A stretch of DNA of 37,703 nt, taken from Candidatus Hecatellales archaeon B24. GTDB lineage: Archaea > Thermoproteota > Bathyarchaeia > Hecatellales > Hecatellaceae. Under the pieces are notes generated by a model. It was not told the origin of the DNA, made no database searches, and saw only the letters and a program-made list of their open reading frames with translations. Of the stretch, positions 1-8,517 are shown in pieces (the first letter of the stretch is position 1; each line of letters begins with the position of its first letter). Location: NCBI GenBank assembly GCA_001593855.1, contig LUCC01000004.1, positions 1 through 37,703 on the forward strand, in the 5' to 3' direction. The position numbers and the translations under genes are program-made.

Positions 1-61
1 GGTAAGATTTCTCCCAGAGGAGAGGCGAAACCGGACCTGCGGCTGCCGTCCATATGCAGCC

Positions 62-688
62 TTAAAGACTTCTTAGGTAGGGGTTAACCTGCTTCTCGTA
101 GCCCAGCAGGGTTTCAGGCCCGTGGCCGGGGTAAACCTTTAACCCGTCTGGAAGAGGCATTATCCGATGTCTAAGCGAGTGGATAAGCCTCTGGAAGGAG
201 CCTCCGGGCATGTCAGTCCGCCCTATGCTCCCGGCGAAAAGGGTGTCCCCCGTGAAAATGACGTCGTCGGATAGGAGGCAGATGCTTCCAGGCGTATGGC
301 CGGGAGTATGTAAAACTTTAAGCTTAACTCTTCCGAAGGCTATCTCGTCTCCGTCCTCGAGGGTTCTGTCAGGTCCTGAAGCCCGCAGCTCCGACCAGAA
401 GAACATGGAAAGGTTAAGCTCAGGTTTTTCCAGGGCTTCAGCGTCAAGCCTGTGGATGAGAAGCGGCGCCTTTAAGGCTTTTCTAACCGGGTCGTTGGCT
501 CCTATGTGGTCTATGTGGCCGTGCGTGTTGACCACGTATTTGACTTTTGCCTTTTCTTCCCGGACGGCTTCCAGGATTCTTTCCCCCTCATCTCCCGGGT
601 CTATGACTATGGCTTCCCCTGTTTCCTCGCAGCGGACAATATAGCAGTTGGTGGCAACAGGCCCCACAACCAGCATTCTAACCTTCAA
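62..688 (-). CDS. MBL-fold metallo-hydrolase (glyoxalase II-like)
   Basis: THGHIDHIG metal motif, HTPGHTPG, FTGDTLF, PGHG. Confidence 0.92.
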   Translation of the reverse strand: MKVRMLVVGPVATNCYIVRCEETGEAIVIDPGDEGERILEAVREEKAKVKYVVNTHGHIDHIGANDPVRKALKAPLLIHRLDAEALEKPELNLSMFFWSELRASGPDRTLEDGDEIAFGRVKLKVLHTPGHTPGSICLLSDDVIFTGDTLFAGSIGRTDMPGGSFQRLIHSLRHRIMPLPDGLKVYPGHGPETLLGYEKQVNPYLRSL

Positions 689-763
689 GTTCTCCCAGCC
701 GCTCCTTTAACCCTTAAAGTTAAGCTGTTTGACTTCTAAGTTTTATTTAGGGTTTCCTCAGCC

Positions 764-1168
764 TTGAAGACTAAAACCTTAGCTGTAGCTCTGCTGGCGT
801 CGCTAGACGAGGTTGTTGCAGTAGTGATTATACTTCTCTGGCTTCCACATCTTGGAATAAAGGTTCCTCCCTCTTACACCATAACGATTTTAGCCGGCCT
901 AGCCTTCCTCTCCTACCTCCTATACCGGATTATAAAGCCGGTGGTGGTTAAACCCCCCATCATAGGGGTTGAAGCCATGATAGGCCTCACAGGTCAAGCC
1001 CTAACCACGCTTAACCCCAGAGGACTTGTAGCGGTTGGAAGCGAAAAATGGAAGGCTGTAGCCTTGGAAGGACCTATACGTGAGGGCGAAAAAGTTTTAG
1101 TGGTGGCCGTGGAAGGCTTAACCTTGAAAGTTAAAAAGGGTCAGCCGGCCTCCTCAGGAATCCTATAG
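764..1168 (+). CDS. Short NfeD-family membrane protein (C-terminal OB-fold type)
   Basis: Two N-terminal hydrophobic helices followed by G-x-EAMIGLTG...LNPRGLVAVGSEKWKA...GEKVLVVAVEGLTLKV. Confidence 0.8.
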   Translation: MKTKTLAVALLASLDEVVAVVIILLWLPHLGIKVPPSYTITILAGLAFLSYLLYRIIKPVVVKPPIIGVEAMIGLTGQALTTLNPRGLVAVGSEKWKAVALEGPIREGEKVLVVAVEGLTLKVKKGQPASSGIL

Positions 1169-1563
1169 TAGTAGTATTTTCCCTCCTTCAGAATCCTGCG
1201 GAGGAAGCCTTTTGCCACAAGCCTCTTAAGGTAGACGGTTACGTTGCTGGGCGAGTCCGGAACTCCGTTGACTTCTAGGGCTTTAGAAACCTCTGAAAGG
1301 CTTCTGGGGGTTTGACCCCAAGCCGTGCTGAAGAGGGCTTGAAGGTTCCCGGTGGTGCTGCGTGAAGGCTTAATGGAAGGATACTCCGCCTCTTCAACCA
1401 CGCCTGCAGCCACCTGAGCCTTAACAGAGAACTTTTCCACAGCCCGCTCTGCAAGACTGTCGAGCTCTGATAGAAGTTTTTCTACGGGTGCTTCGACAAC
1501 GATTTCAAGCCCGTTTCTCCTGACGGTAAGCCTCACGTTAAAGCCTCGCCTTTCAGCTTCCAA
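1141..1563 (-). CDS. Hypothetical protein with C-terminal winged-helix-like domain
   Basis: PRSLSEVSKAL...VTVYLKRLVAKGFLRR...GKYYY resembles a wHTH; codon usage like neighbours. Confidence 0.6.
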   Translation of the reverse strand: MEAERRGFNVRLTVRRNGLEIVVEAPVEKLLSELDSLAERAVEKFSVKAQVAAGVVEEAEYPSIKPSRSTTGNLQALFSTAWGQTPRSLSEVSKALEVNGVPDSPSNVTVYLKRLVAKGFLRRILKEGKYYYYRIPEEAG

Positions 1564-1735
1564 AAGCCTGCATCTCCAAGAAACCTATTTTAAGACATTG
1601 CGTTTAAAAGCTGTGAAGAATCTTAAAAATTTTAATACGATTTGAAACGTTTTCAGCTTCTACAGTCGGTAAAAAGAGACCGTTTTCGCTTTCAAATCTT
1701 AACCTTTAAATACTGACCTTTAAAGAATAAAAGGT

Positions 1736-1930
1736 TTGAGCCGGCAAAAACTGGTTAAAGTGAAGATTGAAGGTGAGGGCTTAAGCATAGAAAAAGAGGT
1801 TGACGAGCAGACAGCCAACGTAATTATAGGCTTAATCTTTGGGCTTAGGAAGACGAGAGGCAGACGTCCCGCAGACATCCAAAGCGGAAAGAGAACCCAT
1901 AAAAAGAAGACCGCCGGAATTCAAGGCTGA
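1736..1930 (+). CDS. Small basic hypothetical protein
   Basis: 64-aa ORF with TATA-like TTTAAATA about 25 nt upstream; beta-beta-alpha-like N-terminus and Lys/Arg-rich tail. Confidence 0.55.
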   Translation: MSRQKLVKVKIEGEGLSIEKEVDEQTANVIIGLIFGLRKTRGRRPADIQSGKRTHKKKTAGIQG

Positions 1931-2039
1931 GGAAGCCCTCTAAAATCACCGTAACTCCTTTTCCGGTTAGGGGTTTGGCTTCAAAATTTTCCGCAACTAA
2001 AACTTGTGGAAGTTTACTTGTCAGGTTTCCCTACCAAAT

Positions 2040-2186
2040 TGGTGGGGCCGACCGGATTTGAACCGGCGACCTACGGGTTTCCCCTTCAAGGGCGCTCCAG
2101 CTCTTCTTCATTCCTGCTGGAGGTCTGTTTACCCGTAGTTTTCGGGAGCTGGAGCCCGTCGTCCTGCCTGGCTAGACTACGGCCCC
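2040..2186 (-). tRNA. tRNA-Trp(CCA) with 70-nt intron at position 37/38 and encoded 3' CCA
   Basis: Minus strand: acceptor GGGGCCG/CGGCCCC-A-CCA, anticodon stem ACGGG/CCCGT with loop CT-CCA-G|A, T-arm GCCGG-TTCAAAT-CCGGT; intron 2079-2148. Confidence 0.95.
2079..2148 (-). ncRNA. tRNA-Trp intron-encoded box C/D-like guide RNA
   Basis: D' CAGA (2124-2127), C' ATGAAGA (2105-2111); guides CTACGGGT and GCTGGAGC are complementary to the two sides of the host anticodon arm. Confidence 0.7.
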
Positions 2187-2267
2187 TTTACTTCCACTTT
2201 AATCCTTACCTAAGCTGTTTTTAAGCTCTTCGTATATTTTAAGGGTTTAGAAAGCGGTGGAAAAGTC

Positions 2268-2717
2268 TTGGAGTCTGACAGCCGGGAGTATCCTTCCTTC
2301 CCTAAGATTGGTGTTGGAGGTCTTGTCGTAGACAAGGACAGGCTTCTGCTTATTAAGCGTGCTTTCGAGCCTTCCTCCGGCTTATGGTCAATTCCAGGAG
2401 GCATGCTGGAGGTCGGGGAAGAACTTGAAGAGGCTGTTGCCCGAGAGATTGAAGAGGAAACAGGAATAAAAGTGGAAGTTAAAGAGCTGCTGGGCGTGTT
2501 TAACTTCGTCATCAGAGATAAAAATGGAAGGGTGAAGTACCATTACGTTCTCATAGACTTCCTGGCTAAACCTGTGGGAGGAAAGCTTAGGCCAAGCCGT
2601 GAAACCCTGGATGTCCGGTGGATAAGCCTTAAAGACGTTGAAAAATATCCGCTGACAAGAACCACTAGGAGGCTGATAAGCCGAGCTGTGGAAAGGGGGC
2701 TGATAAAGGAGGAGTAA
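2268..2717 (+). CDS. NUDIX hydrolase
   Basis: Nudix box GGMLEVGEELEEAVAREIEEETG. Confidence 0.93.
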   Translation: MESDSREYPSFPKIGVGGLVVDKDRLLLIKRAFEPSSGLWSIPGGMLEVGEELEEAVAREIEEETGIKVEVKELLGVFNFVIRDKNGRVKYHYVLIDFLAKPVGGKLRPSRETLDVRWISLKDVEKYPLTRTTRRLISRAVERGLIKEE

Positions 2718-2724
2718 CCCTGTC

Positions 2725-3792
2725 ATGCTTAGCCTCCGAAAATTCCTGAACGGTTTATCCTGCCTCTTCAGCAGGCCTACCCCGCATCCGCTTCACGTCC
2801 AGTGGTTCATAACCTCCAAATGTAATTACAGGTGTAGGTACTGCGGGGTTTGGAGGCAGCCTCCCACCCGTGAACTAGGCTTAGAAGAGGTTAAAAGGGG
2901 CTTAGACATCCTTCGAGAGCTCAAGGTTGTAGAGCTTGTTTTCACCGGTGGAAACCCTCTGCTCCGCTCCGACCTAGCTGAAATCTTGAAGTATGCCTGT
3001 GAAAGATTTCCCTTGGTTTCCGTCTACGATAATGGAAGCTTAGCCTGGAGGAGGGTGAAAGACCTTAAATATGCTGATGTAGTATGCGTAAGCCTTAACA
3101 CGCTTAACCCCAGCCTCCAAGACTGGATGAACGGGGTTCAGGGAGCCTTCCAGTCGGCTGTGAAGTCTATTGAAGCCCTGAAAGCTGAAGGAATAAGCGT
3201 AGCCGTAGATGTAACCGTCAGCAGGCTTAACCTAAACGAAATCCCAAGCATAATAGAGTTCTTCGGCTCCAGAGACGTCTCTGTTATTCTCTCCCTTTAC
3301 ACGGATTTCTCCCAGCCTGAAGGCCTCATCACCATAGGATACCCTGAACCTTCAGCAGCCCTAGAAGACAGGGAAGCCCTCCTATCCCTTCTATCCCAGG
3401 TACGAAGCCTGAAGAAGGCTTACCCCGTACACTTCGACGACGAAGCCTTACAGGTTCTTCAACGTTACTTCGAAGGCTGCCTGAACGGTTGGAGGTGTAA
3501 GGCTTTATCCTCCTTTTTCGTGGTAGACCAGCTTGGAAAGGTTTCAGGCTGCCATCTCACGCCTCCAGTTGCCAGCCTTCAAAGCCTTCCAGAAGCTTGG
3601 AAGTCTGAAGCCTTCAGGAAGCTTAGAGGCAAATATGCTGGCTGTAAGGGCTGCCTTTACCTCTGCTACCTCGCCTACTCGCTTCTCGACAGCCCCGGGA
3701 AGCTGGCAGCCTACAGCCTCCGGTACGAGGCTTACAGGGTTAGAAGGCTTTTCGGCGGGAAGCCTAGAATAACGAATGCTTTTATGGGTTAG
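2725..3792 (+). CDS. Radical SAM protein with C-terminal SPASM/twitch-like cysteines
   Basis: CNYRCRYC motif, FTGGNP, C-terminal CKAL...GKVSGC...CKGCLYLC. Confidence 0.88.
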   Translation: MLSLRKFLNGLSCLFSRPTPHPLHVQWFITSKCNYRCRYCGVWRQPPTRELGLEEVKRGLDILRELKVVELVFTGGNPLLRSDLAEILKYACERFPLVSVYDNGSLAWRRVKDLKYADVVCVSLNTLNPSLQDWMNGVQGAFQSAVKSIEALKAEGISVAVDVTVSRLNLNEIPSIIEFFGSRDVSVILSLYTDFSQPEGLITIGYPEPSAALEDREALLSLLSQVRSLKKAYPVHFDDEALQVLQRYFEGCLNGWRCKALSSFFVVDQLGKVSGCHLTPPVASLQSLPEAWKSEAFRKLRGKYAGCKGCLYLCYLAYSLLDSPGKLAAYSLRYEAYRVRRLFGGKPRITNAFMG

Positions 3793-3829
3793 CTTGCATT
3801 ATAGAATGGCGCTCAAGGAGGGTGAAGCC

Positions 3830-4075
3830 TTGAGCGAGGTTAAAACTTTCAGGGTTAGCGGCTGGGTTTCCCAGGGTTTCAGAGCTTTAAAACTGTTCAA
3901 GGAGGTCAGAGCCTTAACAGTTGAGGAAGCCTTAGAAAAGTTTTACAGCGATGTTGGAAGCAACCATAAGCTTAAACGCTGCCAGATTAAAAACATACTG
4001 GTTGAGGAGATTAAGCCTGAGGAGGCTAAAAGCTTCGTAACCAGCATGCTTGCAGGAGTTGAGGAGGCAAAATAA
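3830..4075 (+). CDS. rpl18a: 50S ribosomal protein eL20 (L18a/LX)
   Basis: KEVRALTVEEALEKFYSDVGSNHKLKR signature; precedes pfdA-ftsY; TTG at 3830 after GGAGGGTGA chosen as start. Confidence 0.88.
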   Translation: MSEVKTFRVSGWVSQGFRALKLFKEVRALTVEEALEKFYSDVGSNHKLKRCQIKNILVEEIKPEEAKSFVTSMLAGVEEAK

Positions 4076-4076
4076 T

Positions 4077-4523
4077 TTGGGAGAACAGAAGCCCCCTACC
4101 CCTGAAGAGGAGGAACGCAGAGTTCAAAGTTTAACCTACGAGTTCAGGGTGTTGGAGGGCGTTGTAGGAGAGCTGAGGGCAAGAATAGGCGCGATAGACG
4201 CCATCCTCAGAAACCTAACCCTCGCGAAAACCACCCTAGAAAACATGGAAAAGCTTGAAGTTGGAGATGAAATACTCGTTCCCATAGGCGGCGACTCTTT
4301 CCTTAAAGCTAAAGTTCTGGACAAGGACAAGGTTATCATCGGGATTGGGGCAGGGGTAACCGTGGAGAAATCCTTGAAGGACGCTGTTTCACTGGTTGAC
4401 AGCAGGGTTGAAGAGCTTGGAAGAGCTAGGTCGGATGTGGAAAGGCAGCTGGCCCAAGTTATGGAGCGTATGGAATACATCAGAGGGCAGCTTCAGAAGT
4501 TTCTAAGCTCAACCCAGACGTGA
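4077..4523 (+). CDS. pfdA: Prefoldin subunit alpha
   Basis: Coiled coils flanking EILVPIGGDSF...VIIGIGAGVTVEK; start approximate (TTG after eL20 stop). Confidence 0.92.
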   Translation: MGEQKPPTPEEEERRVQSLTYEFRVLEGVVGELRARIGAIDAILRNLTLAKTTLENMEKLEVGDEILVPIGGDSFLKAKVLDKDKVIIGIGAGVTVEKSLKDAVSLVDSRVEELGRARSDVERQLAQVMERMEYIRGQLQKFLSSTQT

Positions 4524-4530
4524 GCCTTCA

Positions 4531-5445
4531 ATGTTTGAAAGGCTTAGAAAGGCTTTCGGAAGCCTTCTAGAGAAGGTTTCAACCCAGGAGCTTTCAGGCA
4601 AAAAACTTGAGGAGCTGCTTGAAGATTTTAAGCTGCACCTCGTGGAGAACGATGTGGCCTACGTGGTGGCGGAGCATATCGTGGAGAAGCTTAAAGAAGA
4701 GGTTTCAGGGTTAAGAGTCGGACGGTTTGAAGATAAACGTAAACCTTTAACCGAGGCTTTGAGAAGAGTTCTCCTCGAAATTCTGTCTTCAGGAGGAAGC
4801 CTAAACCTTTTAGCCTTAGCCGGAGAGAAACGTGAAGCCGGAAAGCCTTTAACCATAGTTTTCGTTGGAATAAACGGTACAGGCAAAACCACGACCATAG
4901 CTAAAATCGCCAAATACTTCTCTGACCGCGGCTTCTCCGTGGTGCTGGCTTGCGCCGACACCTACCGGGCTGGAGCTATAGAGCAGCTTGAAGCCCACGC
5001 TAAAAGGTTAGGCTTGAAAATGGTTAAGCACGAGTACGGTTCAGACCCGGCAGCTGTAGCCTACGACGCCGTAGCCCACGCTGAAGCTCGGGGAGTAAAC
5101 GTGGTCCTAGTTGACACTGCTGGAAGAATGGAAACCAACCGTAACCTCATGGAGGAGATGGCTAAAATCGTAAGGGTTTCGGAAGCCGACCTAGTTCTTT
5201 TCGTCGGAGACGCCCTAACCGGTAATGACGCTGTAGCTCAGGCTGAAGAGTTCTCACGGTTCGTCAGGCTTGACGGCTCCATCCTCGCGAAGGTTGACGC
5301 TGACGTTAAAGGCGGAGCCGCCATATCCATAGCCTATATTACCAAGAAGCCTATAATCTTTGTTGGGGTTGGGCAAGGTTATGGAGACCTTGAACCCTTC
5401 AACCCTGAAAGCTTCGTGGAAAAGCTTGTGGGAGGCTCAGACTGA
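4531..5445 (+). CDS. ftsY: Signal recognition particle receptor FtsY
   Basis: GINGTGKTTTIAK, DTYRAGA, DTAGR, KVDADVKGG, GVGQ. Confidence 0.96.
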   Translation: MFERLRKAFGSLLEKVSTQELSGKKLEELLEDFKLHLVENDVAYVVAEHIVEKLKEEVSGLRVGRFEDKRKPLTEALRRVLLEILSSGGSLNLLALAGEKREAGKPLTIVFVGINGTGKTTTIAKIAKYFSDRGFSVVLACADTYRAGAIEQLEAHAKRLGLKMVKHEYGSDPAAVAYDAVAHAEARGVNVVLVDTAGRMETNRNLMEEMAKIVRVSEADLVLFVGDALTGNDAVAQAEEFSRFVRLDGSILAKVDADVKGGAAISIAYITKKPIIFVGVGQGYGDLEPFNPESFVEKLVGGSD

Positions 5446-6377
5446 TGAAGGAGCTTAAAGGTAGAGACTTCCTGACGTTAAAGGACTTCACAGCTGAGGA
5501 GCTTCAAGCCATCTTAAACCTGTCCTTGAAGCTGGAGAAGTCCAGGTTCCCCCCTAAACCCTTGAAGGGTAAAAGCCTAGTTATGATTTTCCAGAAGCCT
5601 TCAACCCGGACTAGGGTTTCCTTCGAAGTTGCCATACGCCAGCTGGGAGGATGGCCTCTCACGCTGGGCTGGGGTGAAATGCAGCTTGGCAGAGGTGAAA
5701 CCGTTGCGGACACTGCTAGAACCCTTGAAAGATATGCCGACGGCGTCATCGCCAGGGTTTTCAGGCATGGAGACCTTGAAGAGCTGGCGGCCAACGCGGA
5801 GATACCTATCGTCAACGCGCTTTCAGACCTCTACCATCCATGCCAGGCCCTAGCGGACATGCTTACCATCTACAAGCACTTCGGAAAGCTTAAAGGCTTG
5901 AAGCTTGCCTGGGTTGGAGACGGAGACAACGTGTGCCATTCGCTGCTCTTAGCCTGCTCCAAGCTAGGCCTTAACATGAGTGTAGCCTGTCCTGAAGGCT
6001 TCGAGCCTAAAAGGGAGGTTTTAGACGAAGCCTTAACGGAGGCTAAGAAGTCCGGTTCCCTAATTGAAGTTGTAAGGGAGCCTGTTAGAGCTGTCTTCGG
6101 AGCTGACATAATTTATACTGATGTCTTCGTTTCCATGGGTCTCGAAAAGGAAAGGGAGCGTAGAATTAAGGCTTTCCTCCCCAAGTACCAAGTTACCCCC
6201 ACACTTTTCAAGCATGCCAAGTCAACCTGTGTTTTCATGCACTGTCTTCCAGCCCACCGAGGCGAGGAAGTAGTTGACGACGTTATAGACGGCTCCCAGT
6301 CCATAGTCTGGGAGCAGGCTGAAAACAGACTTCACCTCCAGAAGGGCCTTCTAGCAGCCCTCTTCCAGAAGGGCTAA
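5445..6377 (+). CDS. argF: Ornithine carbamoyltransferase
   Basis: FQKPSTRTR, HPCQ, SMG, HCLP, AENRLH. Confidence 0.96.
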   Translation: MKELKGRDFLTLKDFTAEELQAILNLSLKLEKSRFPPKPLKGKSLVMIFQKPSTRTRVSFEVAIRQLGGWPLTLGWGEMQLGRGETVADTARTLERYADGVIARVFRHGDLEELAANAEIPIVNALSDLYHPCQALADMLTIYKHFGKLKGLKLAWVGDGDNVCHSLLLACSKLGLNMSVACPEGFEPKREVLDEALTEAKKSGSLIEVVREPVRAVFGADIIYTDVFVSMGLEKERERRIKAFLPKYQVTPTLFKHAKSTCVFMHCLPAHRGEEVVDDVIDGSQSIVWEQAENRLHLQKGLLAALFQKG

Positions 6378-6381
6378 CCCC

Positions 6382-7191
6382 ATGGTTTTCTTAATAGCAG
6401 CCTCCAGAAAAGACCCTGCAGCCCTAAACATCGTGGAAAACCTCCTAAGTCTTCACCCCTTCAAACCCGGAAAGGCGGGAGGAAACATTAAAATCTACGA
6501 AGCTGGAAACGTTAAACTCGCCATTTTAGAAGGTGAAGCCATTAAGGCTGAAAACCTAGACGAAGTTTTCCCGGAGGCTGAAGCCGTAGCCTTCGCTTCA
6601 AGACATGAAAGCGAAAGCCTCCAAGCAACCCTAACAGTCCATGTTCCGGGAAACCTATTTCAGAAGGCTGACCACGGAGGGAAACCCCTGCAGCTCGCCT
6701 ACGCCTGGCCTCAGAGAATGAAGCTTGCCCTAGAGGTTTTAAGCAGGTTGGCCCCTGAAGGCTTCAAGGTTTCCCTTGAGGCAACCCATCACGGCCCCAC
6801 CGGCCTTAAGAAGCCTGTATGGTTCGTTGAGATTGGAAGTAGCCTTGAGCAGTGGACGGACTGGGAGGCTGGAAGGGCTGTAGCTGAAGCCCTATGGGCG
6901 TCCGTAACAGACTCGCCTAAGGGGAAAGCAGCCGTAGGCTTTGGGGGAGGCCATTACGCTCCGAAGCACAGTAAGGTAACCTTGGAAGGCGGATACGTGG
7001 TAGGCCATATTTTCCCCAAGTATGCCTTGTCTTCAGGGCTGGATAGGGAGCTTATAGTTCAGGCTTTCCATAAAACCTATAGGGGCTGCAGTGTGGCTGT
7101 GATAGACTGGAAGGGTCTTCAAGGCGAAGTTAGGAGAAACCTTCTAAGCCTGCTTGAAGGGCTTGGAGTAGAAGAGGTGGTAAGGGTTTAA
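6382..7191 (+). CDS. dtdA: D-aminoacyl-tRNA deacylase (archaeal DTD2)
   Basis: SRHES, LTVHVPGN, EATHHGP, FVEIGS, GFGGGHYAP. Confidence 0.93.
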   Translation: MVFLIAASRKDPAALNIVENLLSLHPFKPGKAGGNIKIYEAGNVKLAILEGEAIKAENLDEVFPEAEAVAFASRHESESLQATLTVHVPGNLFQKADHGGKPLQLAYAWPQRMKLALEVLSRLAPEGFKVSLEATHHGPTGLKKPVWFVEIGSSLEQWTDWEAGRAVAEALWASVTDSPKGKAAVGFGGGHYAPKHSKVTLEGGYVVGHIFPKYALSSGLDRELIVQAFHKTYRGCSVAVIDWKGLQGEVRRNLLSLLEGLGVEEVVRV

Positions 7192-7207
7192 GGCTGGGCA
7201 GAGGCTT

Positions 7208-7813
7208 ATAACCTACATTACAGGTGTCTCCGGAGCAGGTAAGACAAGTCTGGCTAAAGGGCTTGCAGGTAAATTCGGAGGTCTCCACGTTGAGCTTGGA
7301 AAGCTCAGCTTGGAGGAAGGATTAACGCTGGGCTTTGATAAACGGAGAAAATGCCACATAGCAGACCTTGAAGGCCTAGAAAAGTTTCTAGTTGAAAAAT
7401 TCTCGGAGGTAAAGGGCTTCATAGCCTTCGAAGCACCCTTCACTGTTAGGCTTAAAAGGCCGCTTACCCCTAAAGCCATATTTGTTTTAAGATGTGAGCC
7501 GCGGGAGCTTGCCAAGAGGCTCAAGGACAAGGGCTACTCTCCGAGAAAAATCTTGGAAAACGTTTGGGCTGAAATCTTAGACTACCCGCTTCAGGAAGCC
7601 CTCGCCACGTATAACCCGAAAAAAGTTCACGAGCTGAACATGAGCTTTAAAAAAACAGGAAAGGCGGTTGAAGAGGCTGTGGAAATCTTGAAGAAGCGTA
7701 GGCTTCCAAGCCACGGCAGAATAAACTGGCTTAAAGCCTTAGAGGAGGAAGGGCTTCTAGAGAAAATCTCAGCTTCCCCGGCTAGAACAGCCTTGAAACT
7801 CCTGTTAGCCTAA
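7208..7813 (+). CDS. AK6/Fap7-like adenylate kinase family protein; start codon unresolved
   Basis: P-loop ITGVSGAGKTS at 7217-7249 is in frame upstream of the ORF-track start (7310); VLRCEP..L..RL...GY...KILENVWAEILD. Confidence 0.8.
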   Translation: MTYITGVSGAGKTSLAKGLAGKFGGLHVELGKLSLEEGLTLGFDKRRKCHIADLEGLEKFLVEKFSEVKGFIAFEAPFTVRLKRPLTPKAIFVLRCEPRELAKRLKDKGYSPRKILENVWAEILDYPLQEALATYNPKKVHELNMSFKKTGKAVEEAVEILKKRRLPSHGRINWLKALEEEGLLEKISASPARTALKLLLA

Positions 7814-7831
7814 CCCTTAAAGGCGAAACCT

Positions 7832-8035
7832 ATGGTCTCAAGCAGCCGGAAATACGGGGTTTTCCGCTGTAAGGCCTGTGGAAGGCTGAACCTCGCGAAA
7901 ACAGGGCAGAAATTTAAAACCTGCCCTTACTGCGGCGTTAAGAACAGGCTTTCAGGAAGAGCTTTCCTTGCCTATGCTTCAACGCCAAATGAAGCCTTAA
8001 AGGCGGTTAAAAAGCTTAAGGCTGGAAAAGCTTAA
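7832..8035 (+). CDS. Small zinc-ribbon protein (DUF1922-like)
   Basis: CKACG and CPYCG pairs in a 67-aa basic protein. Confidence 0.7.
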   Translation: MVSSSRKYGVFRCKACGRLNLAKTGQKFKTCPYCGVKNRLSGRAFLAYASTPNEALKAVKKLKAGKA

Positions 8036-8091
8036 CAGGCAGCATGATATAATATGGCTGGAAAACGCGGATTACGAATGGAGGTAAAAAT

Positions 8092-8517
8092 ATGTCTTCA
8101 GTGGCTGCTAAAAAGTTTTTCGAGGAGTTCGCAGGCCTCCTCCAAAGGCCTGTAACAGCTGTGACGGCTGACGGAAAGCAGTATTCCGGGACGCTTGTAG
8201 GCTTTGACCCCTCAACCCTGAGCGTATGCCTCTCAGACGTGGCGGATGAATCCGGGAAGAAGGCTGCTAAAATGTTCCTTTACGGAAGCAGCCTGTCCAG
8301 GATTTACACTTTGGAGAAGCCTTTCGACCTTAGAAGGCTGGCTGAGAGGCTTGACAGGGTTTTCCCCAGAATGGTTAAACTCTATGAGGAGGCTGGGGTT
8401 ATAACCGTGACGGATAGAATTCGGGTTACAGCTTCAGGAGTTGTTGAGGGAACAGGCCCCATGGCTGAGAGAGTTCAAAAAATCTACGAGGAGTTTGTTA
8501 AGGAGATTTCCGGCTAG
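8092..8517 (+). CDS. Lsm family RNA-binding protein, augmented SmAP3 type
   Basis: Sm fold (GKQYSGTLVGFD...LSD) plus C-terminal FDLRRLAERL..VFP.MVKLYEEAG...DRIRV...GVVEGTGP domain. Confidence 0.88.
   Translation: MSSVAAKKFFEEFAGLLQRPVTAVTADGKQYSGTLVGFDPSTLSVCLSDVADESGKKAAKMFLYGSSLSRIYTLEKPFDLRRLAERLDRVFPRMVKLYEEAGVITVTDRIRVTASGVVEGTGPMAERVQKIYEEFVKEISG

Noticed and set aside
1..61. Hairpins CTCC-caga-GGAG and GGCTGC-N9-GCAGCC suggesting an ncRNA
   Set aside because: No RNA family motif; a minus-strand ATG at 53 opens MDGSRRSGFASPLGEIL, more simply the start of the next gene, cut by the window edge
2006..2224. 72-aa ORF
   Set aside because: Antisense to tRNA-Trp; no protein features
7184..7190. 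GGGTTTA as a -1 slippery heptamer joining dtdA and AK6
   Set aside because: Out of phase with dtdA codons, and AK6 is in the +1 frame
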